Shown here piece by piece: positions 46,411-55,400 of a stretch of 64,000 nt of DNA; within the stretch, counting starts at the first letter, position 1; each line of letters begins with the position of its first letter. The DNA is from Candidatus Gastranaerophilales bacterium. GTDB lineage: Bacteria; Cyanobacteriota; Vampirovibrionia; Gastranaerophilales; Gastranaerophilaceae. The stretch is taken from assembly GCA_944324905.1 (NCBI GenBank), contig CALUYB010000002.1, positions 17,834-81,833 of the forward strand, read 5' to 3'. The notes beneath the pieces were generated by a model, which worked only from the letters and a program-made list of their open reading frames with translations, ran no database searches and was not told the origin of the DNA. Position numbers and translations under genes: made by a program.

Positions 46411-47874
46411 ATGAACTGGATTAAAACAAAAAATAATACAAAAATTAATCTTAATGAAATTCCTACTCTTAAAATTAATGAATTAAGAGAGGAGATAATA
46501 AGCCTAAATAAAAGACCAATCGGCTTTTTTGGAAAAGACTGGGGCTATGGCACAACAAGACTTTTTGTAGTTCTTGCAGATGATGAAAATGGTGACTTGT
46601 ATGTTTCATCGGCACTTTTTGGGCAAAATGAAAAAGAATATGAATCGTTAACTCAAGTTCTGCCTGCGTTTCATATATTTGAAAGAGAATTTTATGAGCA
46701 ATTTGGGATAAAACCACTTAATCACCCTTGGTTAAAACCATTAAGAAAAAACCAAAAAAATTATCAATTTTTTGAAATGGAAGGCGAAGAAGTCCACCAA
46801 GTTGCAGTTGGGCCAATTCACGCGGGTGTTATTGAACCTGGACACTTTAGGTTTATGTGCAATGGTGAAACGGTTTATCACCTTGAAATCATGCTTGGTT
46901 ATCAAAATAGGGGTGTTGAAGATTTGATGGTTAAACATCCTACAAATCAGCTTGCAGAGTCTGTTTGTGGTGATAGTGTAATTGCGCACAACCTTGCATA
47001 TTCAAAGGTTATGGAGGTATTGAAAGATATTAAGGTTTCAAAAAGAGCGCAATTAATAAGAACTCTTGCGCTTGAAATGGAACGAGCTGCAATACATATT
47101 GGTGACTTAGGCGCAATAGCAGGTGATATCGCCTATCTTATGGGTGCATCAGTCTTTGGTGCAACAAGGACTCTTGTAATAAACACTATGCTTGAGTTTT
47201 CGGGAAGTCGTTTTGGTAGAGGACTTGTAACTGTTGGCGGTGTTAATTTTGATATAGATAATGAAAAAATCGAACGTGCTGTAAAAACACTTACAAAAGT
47301 TGAAAAAGATGTTGAACGTATGGTTAAAACTATGCTTAAAAATACATCTGTTATGTCAAGGTTAGAAAAAACAGGCGTTGTAAGCCAAGAAAAAGCTCGT
47401 GAAATAGGACTTGTCGGCATGGCAGCACGTGCTTGCGGAATTATTTTAGATTCTCGTTTTGACTTTGCTGATGAATGTTTTAAAAATCTTGCCCTACCAA
47501 GAAAAATATTTAAAGGCAAAGGCGATGTTAACGCAAGATTTCAACTGAGATATCAGGAAACAATGGAATCCTTATCCATTGCAAAAAGGATACTTGAAAT
47601 GCTTAAAAACGGCTACAGGGAGGAAGTTTTAACAAAGAACGAAAATTTACTTTGTGCTGATTCAATGGCAATTTCAATAACAGAGGGCTGGAGAGGCGAA
47701 GTAGTTCATATTGCATTAACGGATATGAACGGTACGCTTTCAAGATATAAAATTAAAGACCCGTCGTTTAACAACTGGTATGGTCTGGCACTTGCCGTCA
47801 GAAACAACGGAGTGTCGGATTTTCCATTGTGCAACAAGAGTTTTAACCTATCATACTGCGGGAATGATTTATAA
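46411..47874 (+). CDS. NuoC-NuoD / HycE-HyfG-like 'large subunit' lacking both canonical NiFe-binding CxxC motifs
   Basis: VGPIHAGVIEPGHFRF is the hallmark of group-4 large subunits and NuoD. The N-terminal motif position reads SVCGDSVIAH and the C-terminus reads FPLCNKSFNLSYCGNDL-stop. There is no CxxC anywhere in the 487 aa. Confidence 0.85.
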   Translation: MNWIKTKNNTKINLNEIPTLKINELREEIISLNKRPIGFFGKDWGYGTTRLFVVLADDENGDLYVSSALFGQNEKEYESLTQVLPAFHIFEREFYEQFGIKPLNHPWLKPLRKNQKNYQFFEMEGEEVHQVAVGPIHAGVIEPGHFRFMCNGETVYHLEIMLGYQNRGVEDLMVKHPTNQLAESVCGDSVIAHNLAYSKVMEVLKDIKVSKRAQLIRTLALEMERAAIHIGDLGAIAGDIAYLMGASVFGATRTLVINTMLEFSGSRFGRGLVTVGGVNFDIDNEKIERAVKTLTKVEKDVERMVKTMLKNTSVMSRLEKTGVVSQEKAREIGLVGMAARACGIILDSRFDFADECFKNLALPRKIFKGKGDVNARFQLRYQETMESLSIAKRILEMLKNGYREEVLTKNENLLCADSMAISITEGWRGEVVHIALTDMNGTLSRYKIKDPSFNNWYGLALAVRNNGVSDFPLCNKSFNLSYCGNDL

Positions 47875-47885
47875 GGAAGAAAATT

Positions 47886-48641
47886 ATGTTTGATACACTA
47901 AAATCAAGAATTTACCAAGGGAATCAATTTATAAAAGATATTCAAAATGCGCCTATACGCTCTCAGTTCAGAGGCTTGCCAAAGTTATGCAATTCTGATT
48001 GTAACAACTGCAGTGCATGTCTTAATATTTGTCCGACAGGCGCACTAAAATTAAATCCACTATCAATTGATATGGGAAAATGCACTTTTTGCGGTGCTTG
48101 TAAAAACGTATGCAAAACAGGCGCAATTGATTTTTCAAATTTTTACAAACTTTCTGCAACAAGTAGAGATAAGCTTGTTATAACAGAAAATATGACAGAA
48201 GAAGAATTTTCAAAAGTTGCAATTGAAGTTAAAAAAGAAATTAAAAAAGTTTTTGGCAGGTCTTTAAAGTTAAGACAAGTATCCGCTGCAGGGTGCAATG
48301 GTTGCGAAATGGAGCTTAACGCTTGTTCTAACGTAAACTTTGATATGGGCAGGTTTGGCATAGATTTTGTTGCCTCCCCTCGCCATGCGGATGGGCTTGT
48401 GATTACTGGGCCAATTTCAAAAAATATGGCATATGCACTTGAGGATTGTTATAAATCAACGCCAGACCCTAAAGTTGTTATTCTCTGCGGTGCTTGTGCA
48501 ATTTCAGGTGGAGTTTTTCAAGATAGCAGCGAACTTAACAGGGAATTTCTGGAAAAATATCCTATAGATTTGTATATTGCGGGTTGTCCGGTACATCCGC
48601 TGACTTTCATAAACGGTGTTTTAGGTTTAATTGGAAGATAA
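47886..48641 (+). CDS. Fusion of a 2x[4Fe-4S] ferredoxin-like domain (HycF/HyfH/NuoI-like) to a NuoB/HycG/HyfI-like small subunit
   Basis: The N-terminal domain carries CNNCSACLNICP and CTFCGACKNVC. The C-terminal domain carries GCNGCEME, LCGACAISGG and GCPVHP, the four ligands of the proximal cluster. Confidence 0.85.
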   Translation: MFDTLKSRIYQGNQFIKDIQNAPIRSQFRGLPKLCNSDCNNCSACLNICPTGALKLNPLSIDMGKCTFCGACKNVCKTGAIDFSNFYKLSATSRDKLVITENMTEEEFSKVAIEVKKEIKKVFGRSLKLRQVSAAGCNGCEMELNACSNVNFDMGRFGIDFVASPRHADGLVITGPISKNMAYALEDCYKSTPDPKVVILCGACAISGGVFQDSSELNREFLEKYPIDLYIAGCPVHPLTFINGVLGLIGR

Positions 48642-48645
48642 TTAA

Positions 48646-48678
48646 AATCCCGCTTAATTAGCGGGATTTAATTTTTAT
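48646..48678. terminator. Bidirectional terminator between the hydrogenase-like operon and metY
   Basis: AAATCCCGCT TAATT AGCGGGATTT (48646-48670) followed by a T-rich run. Confidence 0.75.
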
Positions 48679-49940
48679 ATTGCATTTAGCGCATCGTCGA
48701 TGTCTTTTAAAATATCCTCAACATTTTCAAGACCAACCGAAAGTCTTACGAGCCCCGGGTTTATGCCGCAAGCTACAAGTTGTTCATCGCTTAATTGCCT
48801 GTGAGTCGCTGAAGCAGGATGAAGTACGCAAGTTCTAATGTCTGCCACATGAACCTCATTTGAAGCCATTTTGAGGCTGTCCATAAACTTGATTCCATTT
48901 GCTTTTCCGCCTTTTATGTTAACTGCCATTACTCCACTTTGTCCGTTTGGCAAGTATTTTTGTGCTAAAGAGTAATATTTATTACCCTCTAACCCAGGAT
49001 AATTAACACTTTCTACTTTTGGATGATTAGACAAGTATTTTGCAACGGTTATTGCATTTTTACAGTATCTTTCCATTCTCACTGCAAGTGTTTCAAGACC
49101 CAAGTTCAGCAAAAATCCGCTATGACCGGAAGGATATGCGCCAAAATCACGCATTAATTGCATTCTTGCCTTAATAATATAAGGTGCAAAAGCGTAATCA
49201 CGAGTATAAATTGTTCCATGGTAGGATTCATCAGGCTCGCAAAACTCGCTAAATTTGCCGTTTGTATAGTCAAATTTGCCACCATCTACAATTACACCGC
49301 CAACTTGCAGCGCATGCCCGTCCATATATTTTGATGTTGAATGTATTACAACATCTGCACCAAAGTCAATTGGTTTGCATAAAATCGGCGTTGCAAAAGT
49401 GTTATCCACAATAAGCGGCAAGCCGTTTTTGTGTGCAACATGTGCAAATTTTTCAATGTCAAAAATCTGCAACGACGGATTTGTAAGGGTTTCACCAAAA
49501 ATCGCTTTTGTATTCGGTTTAATTTTTGCTTGAATTTCATCCTCATTAGCGTCAACATCAACAAAAATGCACTCAATTCCAAGCTTTTTTAAAGTATAGG
49601 CAAAAAGATTTACTGTACCGCCATAAATTGCACTTGCACTTACAAAACTGTCCCCTGCTTGGCATAGGTTTAAAATCGACATTAATGATGCCATTTGTCC
49701 GGAAGATGTGCACATTGCAGCTACGCCATGCTCTAAATCGGCGATTTTTTTCTCAACAGCGTCAACTGTTGGGTTTGTAAAGCGCGAATAAATGTGTGCT
49801 TTAGTAGGATCATCAAAAACAGCCGCTATTTCATCTGTTGAATTAAATCTAAAAGTTGTACTTTGATAAATCGGCATTACTCTTGGACCGCCATTTTCGG
49901 GAGTGTAGCCGGAGTGTAGACATTTTGTTTCATCTCTCAT
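48675..49940 (-). CDS. metY: O-acetylhomoserine sulfhydrylase / aminocarboxypropyltransferase
   Basis: 421 aa Cys/Met-metabolism PLP enzyme. Carries HSTSKYMDGH (PLP Lys), RFTNPT and RLSVGLE blocks. Confidence 0.88.
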   Translation of the reverse strand: MRDETKCLHSGYTPENGGPRVMPIYQSTTFRFNSTDEIAAVFDDPTKAHIYSRFTNPTVDAVEKKIADLEHGVAAMCTSSGQMASLMSILNLCQAGDSFVSASAIYGGTVNLFAYTLKKLGIECIFVDVDANEDEIQAKIKPNTKAIFGETLTNPSLQIFDIEKFAHVAHKNGLPLIVDNTFATPILCKPIDFGADVVIHSTSKYMDGHALQVGGVIVDGGKFDYTNGKFSEFCEPDESYHGTIYTRDYAFAPYIIKARMQLMRDFGAYPSGHSGFLLNLGLETLAVRMERYCKNAITVAKYLSNHPKVESVNYPGLEGNKYYSLAQKYLPNGQSGVMAVNIKGGKANGIKFMDSLKMASNEVHVADIRTCVLHPASATHRQLSDEQLVACGINPGLVRLSVGLENVEDILKDIDDALNAI

Positions 49941-50028
49941 AATAAATTACCTCAGCTTTATTTTAAAATAATACCATGTCCATATTTTTTGTGTTATTAA
50001 ATAAATACACATATTGAAAGGATGCAAG

Positions 50029-50649
50029 ATGAAAGTATTACTGATTAATTCAAGTGCACATGAAAAAGGCTGTACATACAGGGCTTTAAGCGAGGTTGCA
50101 AAATCGCTCAACAAAGAAGGCATTGAAACAGAAATTGTGCAGTTAAAAGACCCTATTAATGACTGTATCGGCTGTGGTGCCTGCAAAAAAACAGGCGAGT
50201 GTGTAATTAAAAATGATATGGTTAATGATTTTGTAAAAAAGGCAAAAGACTTTGATGGCTTTGTTTTTGGCTCACCTGTGTACTACGCCCACCCGTCAGG
50301 CAGACTTTTATCTTTTATGGATAGAATTTTTTACTCCGGCTCAAGTGCTTTTGCGTATAAACCCGCAGCAGCAGTCGTAAGCGCAAGGCGTGGAGGCACA
50401 ACAGCGTCATTAGATGTTATTATGAAACATTTTATGATTAACAAAATGCCTGTAATTTCTTCAAGTTATTGGAATATGGTGCATGGAAATAAGCCGGAGC
50501 AAGTGGAAGAAGATTTAGAAGGTTTACAAACAATGCGTATGTTAGGGCAAAATATGGCTTGGATTTTAAAATGCATTGAAGCGGGTAAAAACAATGGAAT
50601 TAGTGTACCTGTACCTGAAGAAAAAATTTGGACAAATTTTATTAGATAG
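50029..50649 (+). CDS. Flavodoxin-fold NAD(P)H-dependent FMN reductase / iron-sulfur flavoprotein-like protein
   Basis: MKVLLINSSAHEKGCT, the CIGCGACKKTGEC cysteine cluster, and GSPVYYAHPSG. The ATG at 50029 follows AAAGGA. Confidence 0.8.
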   Translation: MKVLLINSSAHEKGCTYRALSEVAKSLNKEGIETEIVQLKDPINDCIGCGACKKTGECVIKNDMVNDFVKKAKDFDGFVFGSPVYYAHPSGRLLSFMDRIFYSGSSAFAYKPAAAVVSARRGGTTASLDVIMKHFMINKMPVISSSYWNMVHGNKPEQVEEDLEGLQTMRMLGQNMAWILKCIEAGKNNGISVPVPEEKIWTNFIR

Positions 50650-51519
50650 TTAGATAAAATACAGAATAATGCCCGATAAGGCGCTTATTAAAAATAGTGA
50701 TAAAACAAGGACAATAGAATCTTTTATGTCCTTGTTTTTAGTTATTACAACCCATATTCCAAGCCCTGCGTTTGCACAAAGCCCTGCTATGACAGAATAA
50801 AAAGCAATTACGCCTTTTGCATAAAGCATTACAAGTGCAACTGATATTGCACAATTTGGTATTAAACCAAAAAGCGCTGCTATTACAGGCTGCATAGGCG
50901 AGTTAGACATCAGATATTCGCCAAGTGCCTCTGCAGAACCACATTTAGTTATGACCACATTTATTGCAAAAGTGATTAAAAATATAAATAAACCTATGCT
51001 TATGGTGTGTACAATAGGGTGTAAAATTAAATCCTTGCTTACTTTGCTTTCAAGGGTGTGACTGCAACAGCCTTTTTGCGAAAGTTCATCAATTTTTTGT
51101 TCTAAAATATTTTTTTGTGGGAAAAAGTAATCAAAAGCGTAACCTGCAACTATGCCGATGGTGATTTTTATTGCAATTATTGGTAATACAAGTTTATACT
51201 GTTCAGGCATGGAAAGTAGTACGGGTATTGCTTCATCTGATGTTGACAGGTAAACCGCAAGTAAAGTACCACGAGAAATTAAGCCCTTGATGTAGAGCAC
51301 ACTTGCAATAATGGAAAAACCGCACTGCGGAAAAGATGCAACAACAGAACCTATTAGTGGTGCAAGTTTTCCTGATTTTTTAACAAAAGCTAAAACTTTA
51401 TCAAAATAAAAATACTCAATAAATTCTATAACAACAAAAGTTATAAATAATATTGGTATAATTGAAATTAAATCCGCTAAAGCTTTGATTAAAGAATTGT
51501 TTAAAATAATGCCTGACAT
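50650..51519 (-). CDS. Polytopic membrane protein, probably ArsP_2/DUF2899-type putative metal(loid) exporter
   Basis: 289 aa with about 10 hydrophobic segments. Paired motifs FPQCGFS and LIPNCAIS and a central GCCSH loop. The family assignment is from memory only. Confidence 0.5.
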   Translation of the reverse strand: MSGIILNNSLIKALADLISIIPILFITFVVIEFIEYFYFDKVLAFVKKSGKLAPLIGSVVASFPQCGFSIIASVLYIKGLISRGTLLAVYLSTSDEAIPVLLSMPEQYKLVLPIIAIKITIGIVAGYAFDYFFPQKNILEQKIDELSQKGCCSHTLESKVSKDLILHPIVHTISIGLFIFLITFAINVVITKCGSAEALGEYLMSNSPMQPVIAALFGLIPNCAISVALVMLYAKGVIAFYSVIAGLCANAGLGIWVVITKNKDIKDSIVLVLSLFLISALSGIILYFI

Positions 51520-51572
51520 AACAAGGATTTTATTACGTCAGGACAATATTTTCATCAACCGTTTTTGGGATT

Positions 51573-52310
51573 TTAAAAGTTTTTTAATTTCTCATCTATT
51601 TCTTTTTTAGAAAGTGATTTTTTGCACAAATACCAATCATAACATGTTATATTTTGCGCACGTTTTTCTTCATCGCTCATTTGATAAGCTTTTTTGTCAG
51701 GTGGCACAATAACATCATCTCCTTCTTGCCAATTGGCAGGCGTTGCAACCTCAAAAGCTTTTGTCACTTGCAGTGCACTAACCAGTCTTAAAATTTCATC
51801 TAAATTTCTACCAATTGTTTGCGGATAGTAAATAATGGCGTGAATATTGCCTCTCGGGCAAATGACAAAAACGGCACGTACTGTTTTTGTATCGTTTTGC
51901 AACATTCCGTATTTGCGCGCGATTTCGCCATTTTTATCATCAATTAAGGGAAAGGTAATTTGTGTACCCATTTTCTCACTCATTGATAAAATCCAACTTT
52001 TGTGAGATTCAAGGTTATCAACAGATAAGCCTATTAATTCTGTATTAATTTCTTTAAATTTATCGTAGTATCTTTGAAATGCCATAAGCTCAGTTGTACA
52101 AACAGGCGTAAAATCTGCAGGATGAGAAAATAAAATAACCCATTTACCATCATAATCGCAAGGAAAATTTACTGTCCCATTTGTTGTGTCTGCGCTAAAA
52201 AATGGCGCTCTATCACCAATTAGGGGCATTCTGTACATATTTTTAGCAGCCTTAACCCCAAGGACAGTTGCTCCTATTGCTCCTGCTGCAAGTAATATTT
52301 TTTTAAACAT
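51573..52310 (-). CDS. 1-Cys peroxiredoxin (Prx6-like) with an N-terminal signal/anchor sequence
   Basis: FSHPADFTPVCTTE peroxidatic-Cys motif, preceded by MFKKILLAAGAIGATVLGVKAAKN. Confidence 0.85.
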   Translation of the reverse strand: MFKKILLAAGAIGATVLGVKAAKNMYRMPLIGDRAPFFSADTTNGTVNFPCDYDGKWVILFSHPADFTPVCTTELMAFQRYYDKFKEINTELIGLSVDNLESHKSWILSMSEKMGTQITFPLIDDKNGEIARKYGMLQNDTKTVRAVFVICPRGNIHAIIYYPQTIGRNLDEILRLVSALQVTKAFEVATPANWQEGDDVIVPPDKKAYQMSDEEKRAQNITCYDWYLCKKSLSKKEIDEKLKNF

Positions 52311-52467
52311 TTTTACCTCTTTCTTTTTTTGAATTTATAAATCTTATTGGTAAAAATAACATCCCCCTAAAGGAGAGATATTAAAATTTGTAAAAAATGC
52401 TAAGAATTTTTATTTTTTTAGCAAAAAATATTTTTCAAGGAATTTGTACAAGAAAACGAGGATAAAA

Positions 52468-55400
52468 ATGAGAATAGATAAAATTTCAAGTGCATACGGA
52501 CAAAATTATTTAAACAAATTAAACAAAAAAAGCGGGTACAAATTTCAAACCTACCCAGTGATTAATGATTTACCTAATGCAAATAGTGCTTATTTTAATA
52601 TAAATTTTTCAGGGTCTTACGAAAAAGCAAACCTTAAAAAGTTTTCAGATAATCAGGAAAAATTTACTTTAATTGCAAATAAAACATGGAATAAAACCAG
52701 ATACATAGCAAAAAAATTTAATCATTCTCAAATAACTTCAGAGCACTTATATGTTGTGGTTTTGAACGATTTAATTAAATATATTGATAAATTAAATTCC
52801 GGTGTAAGACATGAAGAAGAAAAACAATATTCCGCACCTGTTACTTTAGAGGCATTTTTTGGTAGGCGAGAAATTTTTGAGGATAAAGAAGCAAGAACAA
52901 AATTAAAGGAAATATTGGAAAAATATCTGAAAGAAGGATTGAGGGATTTAAAAAATAATGACAGAATTCCAAAAGCAGGCATATTCGAGCCAAGACTTTC
53001 ACCAAGATTGGCGGCTGATTTAAACAAGGGCTTTGAAGTGAAAGAATCTACTTATGAGACAGGCTTATTTAGTGATGATGTTTTCTTGCTTGCTTTGCTT
53101 GCAGGTAGTGACAATAAAATTGTAAAAAAATTCCGCGAAATGGATTTTGAAGTACAAAAGGCAACAATGGTGGAAGATAATTCAGTAAACCAAAAAAATC
53201 ACTTGCCATTTTATGACAATCTTGCAGATAAACTTTGGAAAAACATTGACCTTGGAAATGATATGTATATTACATATGAGGGTGAAAATAAAGAGTCTTC
53301 AAAACATTTGATTTCGAGTTTTACAAATTTAATTAATAAACCAAATCAAAAATACAATAATTTAAATGCTCAAAATACAAAAATTGTGGTGTTTAACCAA
53401 TATGGGATATATTCTGCAATTGAAAATTATGTTGAAGAAGCAAAAAAACATCCCGAAACAACATACGTGTTAATGTATGACTTTGCAGATGTTGCAAAGA
53501 GTAATGCTTTGGCGGAGGAAAGAGCTGAAATTGGGTTAAATGAAAATGAGTTAAAACTTTTGGAAAATTCACAAGTCCCAAATGTTAGAATGGTGATGAT
53601 TTCAAACAAAGATGCCTATTATGCAAACGCTCAGCAAAGTCCAATTATTAAAAAGAGCTTAGCTCATTATGGTGTGCTTTCAATTCCTATGATTAACTCA
53701 AGCGATGCAAAAGAAATACTGGCAAGCGAAAATGGTAAAAAATACATAGAAAAAAGAATAAATAAAGAAATCGATTTGCAAGCGATAAGTCAAGTTATCG
53801 ATTTTACGAATAAAACAGAGGGTTATTATCCTGAAAAAGCGCTAAGTTATGTCGATAAAATGGCATCTTATTATATCGACAAAAAACAACTAACGTTTGA
53901 AGACGTTCAAAGTTATGAAAAAGAGATTGGAGACATTCAACAAAAAAGCGACAGTTCTCAGAGTGATTTTAAAATAACTTTTAATACAGGCAAAAATCTT
54001 GATGATATTATTGGCAATCCTATGACAAAAGCAGAGGCTAAAAGTATCGTAAACCAGATTTTAATGAAAAGAAAGGGTGGAACAAAAGGGTTTATAACAT
54101 TTTTAAATAATGGGAGTTCATACGGTGGCGGCAGAAGGCACACTGCACAATGTATCGCAGGGGAAGCTCAAATACCTATGATTACAGTAAATGCACGTGA
54201 TTTCGCCCTAAAAGATATTGATGCGCTTAGCATGAATGCTAATTTGTCGGAAATAAAAATCAAGAAGCTTTTTGATATGGCAAAGGCTCAAGCAAGTGTT
54301 AATAAAAATAAAACAGCAATGATATTTATTGAAAACTTTGATAACTTTGCATCTAATCCACTGTATGGGGTTTCATCAATATATGAACAAAAAGCATTTT
54401 CGCAACTGCTTGAAGAAATGGATAAATTAAGAGATCAAGACGATGTAAACATTGTGGTTATAGGTTCTCTTAACTATCCGAATTTGCTTGATGAAAATGT
54501 TATGAAACCATATAAATTTTTAGATCAAATAATTGTTTATTCTCCACAGGATAATCGCGATAGAGAAGATGTCCTAAGATATTATGCAAATAAAAACGGT
54601 TTAAAAATAGGTGAAACGCCTGAAGAAAAAGATAAAATATTAAAAAATGCCTCAGAAACAACTATGGGCTTTAGTGTGGTAGATATAATATATTTGCTTG
54701 AAAAAGCTGAACAAGTTTCAAAAGAAAGAGGCAAGGAATTTATCGATAAAGCTGATATTACAGAGGCCTTTTTGCAAACAACAACGGGCAGACCATCTTC
54801 AAGAGAATATTCTTCACACAGAAATGCTATTGTTGCAAAACATGAATGCGGACATGCCCTAACTCTTCAAGTTATGCATGATATAGCAAAAAAAGAAAAT
54901 AAACCTTGGCATTTGCCTGATAAGATTAATTTTATTACTCTTGATCCAAGAGGAAATTATGGTGGTGCAATGTATCCAAAGGATTCTGAAAATGAAGAAT
55001 ATAGTTTTGAAAAAGTGTTTTCAGAAATGGTTTGCGACTTTGGTGGTTATTCGTCCGAAAAACGTTTTTACAATATGCAGGGTAGCTGGGGTATAACTCA
55101 AGATATGTCAATGGCAACCGAAGTTGCAAGGCTTGCAGTTGAGAAAATGGGCATGGGTGCTAAAACCGGAAGAATTTCAATCGATTCAAATCCGTATATG
55201 CAAACATTTATTTCAGACAGCATGAAAGATAAAATCAATTCAGATATTGAAGTGATGCTTAAAAATGCAGAGTATGTTTCTAATGAAATTGTAAGCACTT
55301 ATGCTGATTTTATTGAGCAATTTGGCGAAAAATATCAAGACAAAGTAGGAACAGGCGAGTGCATAATTATGTCTGATGAATTTCAAGAACAGCTTGAGAA

